Source: Spirochaetota bacterium (GTDB taxonomy: Bacteria; Spirochaetota; UBA4802; UBA5550). From it: 64,000 nt of DNA. The notes below the pieces were generated by a model. That model did no database searches, had not been told where the DNA came from, and saw only the letters and a program-made list of their open reading frames with translations. Position 1 is the stretch's first letter, and every line of letters begins with the position of its first letter. This document shows positions 50,020-59,872 of this stretch, in pieces. A program made the position numbers and the translations under genes. The stretch spans positions 3,872,001-3,936,000 of the forward strand of contig CAXXHB010000003.1 of assembly GCA_963664815.2 (NCBI GenBank). Reading direction: 5' to 3'.

Positions 50020-50862
50020 TTAAGATATTTTTCCGGAGTGGTATCTTCTGTAATCCATTGGAGTGCGACCGGTACTTTTTACAAATACCCTGTTGAAAGT
50101 CCTGGTTGAATTAAAACCCGCCATAAGTGCTATGCGTGTTATCTGATAGTCAGGATTTTGTGCCATAAGATTCATGGCTTCATTAATTTTATAATCATTA
50201 ATATAGGTACTGAAGCTTTTATGCAGAAAGCTGTTCAGGATTTCCGAAAGCTGCTGCACATTAATGTTCAGCATGTCAGCTGCGTTTTTAATGGAAAAGT
50301 TTTCCTCTTTGTATAGTTCTTTTTCAGTCATAACTGCGTTGAGTTTAAGAATTACAGATTCAGCATCTATACCCTGTATTTTAGATAATTCATATTTTTT
50401 CTTTTTTTTGACATGCTTGAATATCGCGTAATAGCTTGGATCATACTGAGAAGCGAAAAAAACACCAAGTGTTACCGTATTTACCATTGCAATGGCTGCC
50501 CTGCTGAATGCAAAACTTATTATATCCCCGATGATAAGCATAACGGATGTCGAAAACATCAATATAGTAAAAATAAATGAAATCCTTGCCAGCACCATTC
50601 TATCAGTATTTTTTCTCTTCCAGAGGAAACTGGTCCTGATTATAAGGAGGAGCAGCCCTACGCAAGTATAAGCTTTGCACAAAAATTTATTATATGGACA
50701 ATCATGTAATACAAAGGTAGTTTGAAAAATAAAGGGTCAATCAAAGGCCGTAGTTCAATATTAGCCTTTGTAAAATGCATCCTTTCTCCGACAACCGGAC
50801 CTGCAAAAATAAACAGAGGCAGAGTGATAAGGCATATAATTACCGGTAATGGAAGACGCCTC
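50020..50862 (-). pseudogene. Truncated, frameshifted membrane-anchored AraC regulator
   Basis: Intact C-terminal HTH (ITRIALMAGFNSTRTFNRVF). Upstream TM-like sequence (LPLPVIICLITLPLFIF...) is in another frame ending at a TAG near 50658. N-terminus missing. Confidence 0.7.
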
Positions 50863-50870
50863 TGATTAAA

Positions 50871-51581
50871 AATGGCGACTGTCTCCAGCTTGGAATAGGA
50901 GGAATCCCTAACGCAATCGGCAAAATGATTGCAAAGTCAGACCTGAAAGACCTGGGAGTCAACAGCGAGATGTTCTGTGATGCATTTTATGATATGTATA
51001 TGGCCGGAAAAATCACCAATATGAAGAAAAAACGGGATATAGGCAAAAGTGTTTTTACTTTCAGTCTCTGTACAAGAGAGACTATGGATTTCCTTGATAA
51101 AAATCCGATGATGGCTTCAAACAACGGTGATTATGTTACTGAGTATTCCATGCTCGCAGCCGAGGATAATATGTTTGCGATAAATTCAACTCTTGAGATG
51201 GATCTTGTCGGGCAGTGCGTTTCAGAATCAATCGGCCCGGTTCAGTATTCCGGAGTCGGCGGCGCTCTCAGCTTCACATGGGGATGCTACCAGTCAAAAG
51301 GGGGAACTGCAGTACTTTGACTGCCGTCAACATACCGTGACAAGGAAGGAAAACTCCACTCCAAAATAAAAGGAACCCTTACTCCCGGATCAGTTGTAAC
51401 AATACCCAGGTTTGTAGTAAGTACTGTTGCGACAGAATACGGAGCAGTTAACATCAAAGCTCTCAGTCTGTGGAACAGAACCGAGGCTATTATAAATATC
51501 GCACACCCGGATTTCAGGGAAGAGCTTGTGAAGGAAGCTCAAAAAATGAATATCTGGAGAAAATCCAGCAAAATCAGATAA
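50871..51581 (+). pseudogene. Acetyl-CoA hydrolase/transferase remnant (C-terminal half, internal TGA)
   Basis: Starts abruptly at NGDCLQLGIGGIPNAIGK. In-frame TGA at 51318-51320, then LPSTYRDKEGKLHS...ATEYG...IAHPDFREEL to TAA 51581. Aligns with the C-terminal half of 29240..30658. Confidence 0.85.
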
Positions 51582-51597
51582 AGAAAAGAGGTATGCA

Positions 51598-51726
51598 ATG
51601 AGTATCCTGCTTAATCCTAAAAATTATAAAGACAGAAATTATCCTGATGAAAGATCAAAAGAGATAATGCTGAAAACCATTGAGTGGTTTGAAAAGAAAG
51701 GCCTGGCGAAACAGAAAGAGGATTAA
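51598..51726 (+). pseudogene. Acyl-CoA dehydrogenase N-terminal remnant
   Basis: GAGG RBS; MSILLNPKNYKDRNYPDERSKEIMLKTIEWFEKKGLAKQKED*, which I recognise as the start of an acyl-CoA dehydrogenase subfamily. Only 42 aa remain. Confidence 0.6.
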
Positions 51727-51851
51727 AGAATTGGCAGGATTACCTGCTGACAGGGATATCGTACACAAACATACTTGTGTCGTGCATAAACTGGATTATA
51801 TATAATAATACAGCAGATTTAAGACAAAATCCCTACTCTCTTCACAGAAAA

Positions 51852-51994
51852 GTCAGTTTCGTTTCAATACCGACTCAAACACGCTACTGACAGCTATAAA
51901 CGCGCGTTTTTCTCTGCCGGTAACGATGTTGAAACGGTATTGAAACGGTTTTTAACATGGTCTTCATACTGCTTAAATCCCGTTTTAACAGATT
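51852..51994. repeat. Degenerate 11-nt-period tandem array with TTnAA core
   Basis: 13 consecutive 11-mers, e.g. TTCAATACCGA, CTCAAACACGC, TTGAAACGGTA, TTGAAACGGTT, TTTAACATGGT, TTAAATCCCGT, TTTAACAGATT. Confidence 0.55.
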
Positions 51995-52433
51995 TACTTT
52001 TATCTTTTGCTGCATTAATATTTCTCTGCCCATCTGCTGATCTGCTGTTTCCTGAATAGCCACAGGTATATTCTGTATCTTCGCCGGAAGCAGATACAAC
52101 CACTGCATCCCCTGTTCCGCTGCTTCCCGATGGAGTTACAGGGGAACCAGGCGCAATTCCCCTGAGATATTCCGACATAAAGAGATTGTAACCTGACCTC
52201 TTTTTCCTCTTAGCCCTTATTCTGTAAACAGACTTCTCCTCTTCCGGAAGTACCTGCCATGCCTTTACACTGCCGCCGAAGTTACCCCTGCATTTAACCT
52301 GCGGTTCCGTGCGCGGGTTGGCCGGTATTGTGCGTCTCTTTATGTAGATTTTACCATAGCGTCTGTAAAGCACAAGATCATCCAGACCTCCATGTGCAGT
52401 TCTTAAATAGGGGTGAAGCTTAACTTTTGCCAT
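51894..52433 (-). CDS. Basic hypothetical protein, HMG-box-like/DUF6266-like N-terminal domain
   Basis: AAGGAG RBS; MAKVKLHP...GLDDLVLYRRYGKIYIKRR...NPRTEPQVKCRGNF...AWQVLPEEEKSVYRIRAKRKKRSGYNLFMSEYL; low-complexity tail. Confidence 0.7.
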   Translation of the reverse strand: MAKVKLHPYLRTAHGGLDDLVLYRRYGKIYIKRRTIPANPRTEPQVKCRGNFGGSVKAWQVLPEEEKSVYRIRAKRKKRSGYNLFMSEYLRGIAPGSPVTPSGSSGTGDAVVVSASGEDTEYTCGYSGNSRSADGQRNINAAKDKSKSVKTGFKQYEDHVKNRFNTVSTSLPAEKNARL

Positions 52434-52699
52434 AGATTTACGCTCCTTTCTGCTGTTATATTGAGATTTATGTCTCCTATAACCAGTCCGGAAAAGCAAA
52501 TGACATGGGGCAAGCAGAATTTTAAAAAAAATGCATGAATTAAAAAACCAACTGTAATAAACTGACTTGTACCCACATTTCCAGCTGATGAACGAGTCTT
52601 TATTTATTACATGCCCTGGATGAATATTCCATTCCAGAGATGTTTAATATCTTGAAAAATCTGAAGGATTGGAACAAATTGTAAATAACAGGTGAACAG

Positions 52700-53629
52700 A
52701 TGAAAAAAAAGACAGCTGTAATAATATCAGTTATACTTACCATAATTCTTATTATTGGAGTCTGCTCATATACATGCTATAATTATTTTATCAGTTCCAC
52801 TAAAAACATGCAGATAGTAATGGAAAACCTTCATTCCGGCATTAAAACAGAACTGACGCATGAAGGGATTAATATTAATCCCAGGTTTTCAGAAAGCGGC
52901 GACTATGTATATTTTCTGAGCAGACCGTACGAGGGGAGTAAAATTCAAAAAAATCAATTATCCGTATATTCATTAAAAAATATGAAAATTGTGAAATCAG
53001 TTACACCGTATATTGATAATATAACACTTACTACTTCGATTCTGCCAGGGAATAAAATACTTTGCTATCGCGAAGATGAAGATCATGAAAATATCTGTAT
53101 ATATTCAACAGATGACGGTAAAATAACTCAATTGACTGACGACGTCAATAAAAAATCGGATGCACTTATTTCACCGGATGGTAAATGGATTTCATATATT
53201 GAAGAAGATATAAAAAGCTCGAGAAAAAATATATGTATAATAACATCCAAAGGGGATAAAAAAATATATATATCTCAAAGCAGCGGCATTTTTTCTGATG
53301 TGAAATATTATACGTGGACTAATGACTCAAAGAGTATCGGTTATATTGAGTTTTTAACCCTGATAGTAAAATCAGTAGATGGTTTAAAAACTGAAAAAGC
53401 TGATTTAACAGGACTGACAAATTTCAAATGCATTCTGCCTGAACCGCTGAATCCTGACAGTTATATAATAGTTGCAAGACAGGCCGGGACCGATTTATCA
53501 TTTTCGATACTTATTGTTTCCGTAAAAGAAGACAATTTCAAACCATGGAAAGAAAAAAGATCATTCTGGGAGATATTTTATTCAATATCTCCTGATGGTT
53601 CAAGAATTGTATATTCGGATAAAAGATGA
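52700..53629 (+). CDS. TolB-like/PD40 beta-propeller protein
   Basis: N-terminal TM; NPRFSESGDYVYF, ISPDGKWISY and ISPDGSRIVY repeats. Confidence 0.8.
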   Translation: MKKKTAVIISVILTIILIIGVCSYTCYNYFISSTKNMQIVMENLHSGIKTELTHEGININPRFSESGDYVYFLSRPYEGSKIQKNQLSVYSLKNMKIVKSVTPYIDNITLTTSILPGNKILCYREDEDHENICIYSTDDGKITQLTDDVNKKSDALISPDGKWISYIEEDIKSSRKNICIITSKGDKKIYISQSSGIFSDVKYYTWTNDSKSIGYIEFLTLIVKSVDGLKTEKADLTGLTNFKCILPEPLNPDSYIIVARQAGTDLSFSILIVSVKEDNFKPWKEKRSFWEIFYSISPDGSRIVYSDKR

Positions 53630-53933
53630 TGAACTATTAAAACGATTCATAATATACCGGGTGTGCCGGAATTTATAATCATTGTTCCATCAATACCCTT
53701 TGCAATAGATTTGTAATAAGAAACAGATGGCGTAGATATGTCTAAAAAAAGTCTAACTCGAGTTATTTATATAAAATAAAAAACACAAAACTGAATAACA
53801 CTTAACTTTTTATAATCTTCATAATAATAATTAATTGCAATTCAGAAAGTAAAATATTATAGTCAGCATATAACAGTCTATATAATTCAGTTAACCGGTA
53901 TTTTCAAAAAATCCAGAGAATGTAGAAATAAAC

Positions 53934-55199
53934 ATGACATGGTTATCTTATCCAACTTTAATATTCATGAATGCTGTAACACTTGCATTAATGTCATTAT
54001 CTCTTTTTATTCTTGCATGGCTTGAAAAGACAAATGGGATCAATAAAGCATATTTTATAATAGCACTCTCTTTTCTTTTTAATTCCATCAAACAGTTTTT
54101 TTCATTATCTGCTATTTTCTTTAATCTTAATGTCCTCAGAATATCTGCCGATGGATTTTATATTCTGTATGAATTACTTTTTCTGACAGGAATAATGATT
54201 TATTGCAGATACAGAAACAAAATACATCTCTTTACAGCTATTTCCATAATTACATTTATATGGGTAATTTATGCTTATACAAATGAATTGAAATTCCCCC
54301 AGTCAGGAATACCTCAGAGGGCAGCAGGTGCATTATTTGAGGGTCTTGCCGGTTTCTATTTCTACCTCAGATATAAAAAGACCGGTAATTCAATGATTCT
54401 TATGTTTATAATCGTAGTATGGATTAACGCGCTCAATACTTTGAGTTATCCATTTACTTTCAATACATGGTACAGACCGTTCGGATTTGCGGTTTTTACT
54501 GTCAGTTCAATATTAATGGGTATAGGATTTATTATAATTGCCTTATCTGAAGAAAAGATTGTAATAAAAGAATCCGAACAGAAAATAACATTACTTCTTG
54601 AAGAAAAAAAACTTCTTCTCAGGGAGGTTCATCACAGGATTAAAAATAATATGAATACCATCCGGGGACTTCTTACTCTTCAGCTGTCTGCAGTTGAAGA
54701 TCCCAGGGTAATAGCATCCCTCAGTGATGCGGAGAGCCGTGTTCAGAGCATGATTCTGCTGTATGAAAAACTATACTCCGGTGAAAACTACAGGGAATTA
54801 TCCATCAAAGACTATCTTGAATCCCTGATAGTTGAAGTTGTCGGAAGTTTTCACAACAGCAGTATTGTGAAGATTGAAACAGAGATTGATGATGTTATCT
54901 TAAATGTAAATATGCTCACCCCCATCGGCATAATAACAAACGAACTTATAACAAACATAATGAAATATGCTTTTACCGGGAAAGAGAGCGGAATAATAAC
55001 CGTATCAGCTAAATTGGAACAGAAACATGAAATCATCATTATACAGGATAACGGTATGGGAATTTCTGAATCAATAAGCTTTGATAAATCCAGCGGTTTC
55101 GGCCTTGGTCTTGTCGGATTGTTAGCAGAACAGATCGGTGGCAATATAAGAATAGAACGGGGAAAAGGCACCAGGTTTATTATTGAATTTGATATATAA
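53934..55199 (+). CDS. Membrane sensor histidine kinase (HisKA_2 type)
   Basis: ~7 TM helices; LLREVHHRIKNNM, NELITNIMKYAF, DNGMG and GFGLGLV motifs. Confidence 0.92.
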   Translation: MTWLSYPTLIFMNAVTLALMSLSLFILAWLEKTNGINKAYFIIALSFLFNSIKQFFSLSAIFFNLNVLRISADGFYILYELLFLTGIMIYCRYRNKIHLFTAISIITFIWVIYAYTNELKFPQSGIPQRAAGALFEGLAGFYFYLRYKKTGNSMILMFIIVVWINALNTLSYPFTFNTWYRPFGFAVFTVSSILMGIGFIIIALSEEKIVIKESEQKITLLLEEKKLLLREVHHRIKNNMNTIRGLLTLQLSAVEDPRVIASLSDAESRVQSMILLYEKLYSGENYRELSIKDYLESLIVEVVGSFHNSSIVKIETEIDDVILNVNMLTPIGIITNELITNIMKYAFTGKESGIITVSAKLEQKHEIIIIQDNGMGISESISFDKSSGFGLGLVGLLAEQIGGNIRIERGKGTRFIIEFDI

Positions 55200-55318
55200 T
55201 TTTCCAGCAGACTCCATCGTTGATTTCACACCGGAAAGGGTATCTGAATATTGTGTTCCAAAAAATTCTTGCTTTTAAAAAAACATTAGATCAAGATTAC
55301 ATCATATGGTCTGCAAAT

Positions 55319-55960
55319 ATGGAACAGAATCTGAATAAAATAGAAAACACATACAACACCGTGGCAAAGGAGTACGCTGAAACTTTCGCCGGCGAACATG
55401 AAAAGAAACCGATGGACATTGAAGTACTTTGCAGATTTATAAAAGCAGTCGGCAACAGAGAGCCCGTGTGGGATTTCGGATGCGGACCGGGACATACTGC
55501 CGCATATATGAAGAGACTCGGTATTGAAATATCGGGGCTGGATATCTCTGAAAAAACAGTTGAGCTGGCTAAAACAGCTCATCCGGGGGTACATTTCCGG
55601 AAGGGTAATATTCTCAACCTTGAATTTAAAAACAATTCTCTGGCCGGTGTTATCGCTTTCTACGCCATAGTACACTTCACGGAAGAACAGGTTATTACAG
55701 CATTCAGTGAAATATTCCGGGTATTACAACCGGGAGGAATTTTCCTTTGCACTTACCATATTGGAAATGAAATAATCAATGTGAATGAATTTCTTGGCAG
55801 GAAAACAGATATTGATTTCATGCTTTTTTCATCGAACTTTATTTTCAGTTCACTTGATAAAACCGGTTTTGAAAAGATTGAGACAACAGAGAGAGAACCC
55901 TATCCCGGTGTGGAATACCAAAGCCGGAGGGCATATGTATTTGCAGCCAAACCAGCCTGA
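55319..55960 (+). CDS. Class I SAM-dependent methyltransferase
   Basis: DFGCGPG, GLDIS and RVLQPGG motifs. Confidence 0.9.
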   Translation: MEQNLNKIENTYNTVAKEYAETFAGEHEKKPMDIEVLCRFIKAVGNREPVWDFGCGPGHTAAYMKRLGIEISGLDISEKTVELAKTAHPGVHFRKGNILNLEFKNNSLAGVIAFYAIVHFTEEQVITAFSEIFRVLQPGGIFLCTYHIGNEIINVNEFLGRKTDIDFMLFSSNFIFSSLDKTGFEKIETTEREPYPGVEYQSRRAYVFAAKPA

Positions 55961-56083
55961 TAATGATATAAAAAAGATGTGCTCCAGATTTTATTCCGTA
56001 TTGAATCAGTATAAGGGATCAGTTTTAAATCAAAATCAGATATAATGTATTGAAAATACATTATATAAAACGGGAGAGTCAAA

Positions 56084-56509
56084 GTGGAAACAGCGAGTCT
56101 GAACAATTGTTTCGGCTGCGGGAAGGATAATACTGCCGGGCTGCACCTTAAAAACAGTTACAAAGATAACAAATCACATATTGATTTCGAGGTAAAAAAT
56201 GAATTTTGCGGTCACCCGGGGCTTCTGCATGGTGGAATAATCGGTATTCTCTTTGATGAAGTAATGTTTCATGCAATTGCGCAATCAGGTATTGAAGTTG
56301 TTACTCTTAATATGAATGTAAATTACAAAAATCCTGCATTTGAAGGTGATCATCTTTGCTGCGAGGGATGGATGGAAAAACGCGACGGAAGAAGAATAGA
56401 CGTAGCAGCTGTAATTACCAGCAGCAGAACAGGAAAAATTATTGCGGAAGGGATGGGTAAATTTCTGGAGGTTGATCTGAAGGAATTTTTAACATCCGGA
56501 AAAATGTGA
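56084..56509 (+). CDS. PaaI family thioesterase
   Basis: CFGCGKDNTAGL; GHPGLLHGGIIGILFDE hot-dog motif. Confidence 0.88.
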   Translation: METASLNNCFGCGKDNTAGLHLKNSYKDNKSHIDFEVKNEFCGHPGLLHGGIIGILFDEVMFHAIAQSGIEVVTLNMNVNYKNPAFEGDHLCCEGWMEKRDGRRIDVAAVITSSRTGKIIAEGMGKFLEVDLKEFLTSGKM

Positions 56510-56510
56510 C

Positions 56511-57224
56511 ATGAAAAGCACAGACAAACAGCTGCTAAGCAGAGGTTTTGTTTCTGATGTAATGCTGAGTACTTTCAGCAGTTTTGATCAGACACAGTTA
56601 CTTGATTTGCTGAACAGCCCGGAAGCATACGAAAGAACGGCATCAGTAAAACTGTTGAAAAATTATAAAAATGAAGAGCATCTGAAACTTTTTTGCCGTC
56701 TGCTTAAGACGGAAAATCAACTCTATACAAAACTGGCATTATCTGAAGCAATTGAAGAGTATGGCCATGCCGCACTCCCGTTTTTAATTCCGCTTCTTGG
56801 CAAAATAGGCTCCAACCAGCACAAAGTGGCCGCCCTTGTCGATCTTGGCAAGAACTCTTTTCCTCTTCCACGTGATATTGCAGGGCGTATTATAATCAGA
56901 ATCGGCGCCCATGCCCTTCCATCCCTGGAAAATGTATTATCTGCCGGTGAAAGAAATCAGATCAGTGAAGCCATTGACGCAATAGGGCATATAGTTTTCA
57001 ATTACAAATGCAGTTTTGATGTGAATATTTTAATAAAACTGATGAATGATTCTCCGGATGATGAACTTATAACATGGAAGATAATCCGCTGTTTCCAGTC
57101 ATTCGGAGGTGACCCTGTTCTGGAGATATTAAAATATTTTATTGATAATTCCTCTAACAGAATATTTGTCGAGGAAGCGAAAAGAAGCCTTGACCGGATA
57201 ATAAAAAAAACAGCGAAACAGTGA
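56511..57224 (+). CDS. HEAT-repeat protein
   Basis: Repeated helical pairs; SFPLPRDIAGRIIIRIG; EAIDAIG. Confidence 0.7.
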   Translation: MKSTDKQLLSRGFVSDVMLSTFSSFDQTQLLDLLNSPEAYERTASVKLLKNYKNEEHLKLFCRLLKTENQLYTKLALSEAIEEYGHAALPFLIPLLGKIGSNQHKVAALVDLGKNSFPLPRDIAGRIIIRIGAHALPSLENVLSAGERNQISEAIDAIGHIVFNYKCSFDVNILIKLMNDSPDDELITWKIIRCFQSFGGDPVLEILKYFIDNSSNRIFVEEAKRSLDRIIKKTAKQ

Positions 57225-57910
57225 ATAACATGAGTTTAAGTATTGATAAATCATTAAACTGCCATGAAAACATTAATCAACGGTTTTCATTATGGCTTAA
57301 GCAGGAAATACAATCAATGAAAACAGGTGACGCGGTTAATGTACCATGCGGCGAGTGTACTGCGTGCTGCACTTCATCTTATTTTATACATATAAAACCT
57401 CATGAAATGAATACAATTTCAAAGATCCCCAGAAAACTGATGTTCCCTGCCCCCGGAATGCCCGAAGGTAATTTATTACTCGGGTACGATAAGAACGGCA
57501 ACTGCCCGATGTTCATTAATAACAGATGCTCGATATATGAATATCGTCCTCAAACCTGCCGGACATATGATTGCCGGATATTTGCGGCAACAGGACTACC
57601 GGTAGAGGATGACAGAGAATTAATATACCGGAAAACGAGACAATGGGAATTCGATCTTTCCGGAAAAGAAGACGCCATGACTTTTAAGGCGGTACGCACC
57701 GCTGCAGCGTTCTTCAAAGAGCACAGAGACTGCTTTCCTGCAGGATTTATTCCCGTCAGTACACCCCAACAGGCAATGCTTGCGGTACTGGTTTACGAAG
57801 TGTTTCTTAATCTTCCCTATAGAGAAGGAAAAGATGAGAACAATAATCTCACACGCGAAATCGCAGGTAAGATTATTGAAATATACGAAAAATTTGAAAG
57901 AGGGGAATAA
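57221..57910 (+). CDS. YkgJ family (CxxCxxCC) cysteine-cluster protein
   Basis: PCGECTACC...CPMF...CSIYEYRPQTCRTYDCR. Confidence 0.85.
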   Translation: MNNMSLSIDKSLNCHENINQRFSLWLKQEIQSMKTGDAVNVPCGECTACCTSSYFIHIKPHEMNTISKIPRKLMFPAPGMPEGNLLLGYDKNGNCPMFINNRCSIYEYRPQTCRTYDCRIFAATGLPVEDDRELIYRKTRQWEFDLSGKEDAMTFKAVRTAAAFFKEHRDCFPAGFIPVSTPQQAMLAVLVYEVFLNLPYREGKDENNNLTREIAGKIIEIYEKFERGE

Positions 57911-57966
57911 AACTCATCCTCAATCCCCCGAATGCCGCGCCCCACAAATTCACTTCATGTTACCTG

Positions 57967-59637
57967 TTACGGCACAAACCTCTTCACAAGTGGTATCCGT
58001 CTTCCAACACCGAATGCCTTTGATGTTATTTTAAGCCCCGGTGCTGCCTGAAATCTTTTATATTCATTCATATTAACAAGACGAAGAACAAAGTCAACTG
58101 TTTCCCTGCTATATCCATGCTTTTCAATTTCATCAGCGGACATACGCTGTTCGACATAAAGTTCAATTATTCCGTCGAGGATATCGTATGGGGGGAGAGA
58201 ATCCTGATCTTTCTGCCCTGGTCGCAGTTCAGCCGATGGTGCCTTCTCGATTATCTCACGCGGGATGATATCTCTCCCCGCTTTACGGTTTATATATTCA
58301 GACAGCTCATACACAATGGTTTTAGGGAGGTCAGCAATCACTGCCAGCCCGCCGCACATATCACCATACATGGTGCAGTAGCCTGTTGCACACTCGGACT
58401 TGTTCCCGGTAGTGAGAAGCATGGCGCCGGTTTTATTGCTTACAGACATAAGCAGTGTCCCACGGATTCTTGCCTGTATATTCTCCTCTGTCACATCTTC
58501 ATCCATGCCGCGGAAAATCACATCAAGATCGTTTCTGTACTGGTCGTAAAGCCCTTTTATAGGAACAGTTTCAATTCTGATCCCAAGATTTTCCGCAAGC
58601 TTATAAGAATCATCAACACTCCCCGAAGACGAATATATTGAAGGCATGGTAATTCCGAATACATTTTCCGCACCAAGCGCATCACAGGCAATAACTGCAG
58701 TGAGGGCTGAATCTATTCCCCCGCTAAGTCCCAGTACAGCCCTCCGGAAACCTGTCTTGACTATATAATCCTTTACTCCAAGTGCAAGCCCCTTTCTTAT
58801 ATCCCCAATATCATCAATTTCAATCTTCAGCTTATTTCCGCTGTCCAGTTCAAGGAACAGCAGATCCTCCTCAAAGCCTTTTGCATGGGCATATATCTCG
58901 CCCTTTCTGTTTATACAAAAACTGTTACCGTCAAATATCAGTGAATCGTTACCGCCGGTCTGGTTGGCATATACTATTGATATGCCATTCTCAAGTGCAA
59001 GATGTGAAAGCATCTCCATCCTCACCTGTCTCTTTCCCTTTATATAAGGTGAAGCTGATATGTTTATTATCACATCTGCGCCTTTGCTGACAAGCTGCCT
59101 TACTGGGTCGACATTATACCTCCCCTTTTCCAGAAACCTGCTGTTGTCGGTATTGAGTGCTGTCCAAATATCCTCACAGATTGTAAGACCGATTTTTCTT
59201 CCCATAAATTCAAATACCGAAGATCCTGCTGCGGGTGAGAAATACCTGTACTCGTCAAAAACATCATATCCGGGAAGCAGTGTCTTATCCTGCCTGAATA
59301 TTACTTCACCATTCTGTATAACGGCCGCTGAATTAAAAAGCATCGGGGGGTTGGCCTTATTGTAATCGACAAACCCCAGAATCACTGTACACTTAAGACT
59401 GCTGCAGAAACCTTTTATTAACTCAAGCGATTTCAGGTTGTCATCAACGAGTTTGCTGCTTTCAAGAAGGTCCATTGGAGGGTACCCGACTGTAGACATC
59501 TCCGGGAAAATTACAAGGTTGGCATTCTGCAATTCCGCCTCTTTTATAAAAGATAAAATTTTATTTTTATTTCCTTCGATATCTGCTACAACAGGATTAA
59601 TCTGAGCTATTGCTATTTTCATGATTCTGTTTTTCAC
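57967..59637 (-). CDS. nadE: Glutamine-dependent NAD+ synthetase
   Basis: Nitrilase domain (FPEM, DKTLLPGYDVFDE, ICEDIW) plus synthetase domain (LGLSGGIDS, ENIQARIRG, TGNKSE, PSAELRPGQKD). Confidence 0.96.
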   Translation of the reverse strand: MKNRIMKIAIAQINPVVADIEGNKNKILSFIKEAELQNANLVIFPEMSTVGYPPMDLLESSKLVDDNLKSLELIKGFCSSLKCTVILGFVDYNKANPPMLFNSAAVIQNGEVIFRQDKTLLPGYDVFDEYRYFSPAAGSSVFEFMGRKIGLTICEDIWTALNTDNSRFLEKGRYNVDPVRQLVSKGADVIINISASPYIKGKRQVRMEMLSHLALENGISIVYANQTGGNDSLIFDGNSFCINRKGEIYAHAKGFEEDLLFLELDSGNKLKIEIDDIGDIRKGLALGVKDYIVKTGFRRAVLGLSGGIDSALTAVIACDALGAENVFGITMPSIYSSSGSVDDSYKLAENLGIRIETVPIKGLYDQYRNDLDVIFRGMDEDVTEENIQARIRGTLLMSVSNKTGAMLLTTGNKSECATGYCTMYGDMCGGLAVIADLPKTIVYELSEYINRKAGRDIIPREIIEKAPSAELRPGQKDQDSLPPYDILDGIIELYVEQRMSADEIEKHGYSRETVDFVLRLVNMNEYKRFQAAPGLKITSKAFGVGRRIPLVKRFVP

Positions 59638-59872
59638 TCCTCACCCACAGGTAAAAAACTTTTTCCTATCAGACGGAAAAAGTTTTTTAATAATTTTTTC
59701 AATGTTAATTTTTAAATATCACAACAATTATTATAATCCGGCAATGCTCAATAAAATTTTAATGAATTCAGTTTAAATATATGTAAACTAATCGCGTTTT
59801 AAGTATTATAAATGGAAATCAGGGTTTAAAAAAAACAAGTTAATTTTATCCTGCCTTACAGATATAATTTAA

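Noticed and set aside
51318-51320. In-frame TGA aligning with a Cys of the intact paralog (SLICLES versus AVL*LPS): possible selenocysteine
   Set aside because: The gene lacks its N-terminal half and start, its neighbours are also decayed, there is no convincing SECIS hairpin, and the position is not catalytic. A TGY>TGA nonsense change is simpler.
51860-51950. GTTTCAATAC / ATTGAAAC resembling CRISPR repeat ends
   Set aside because: No ~30-nt repeats with unique spacers and no cas genes; the copies are inverted or 11 nt apart.
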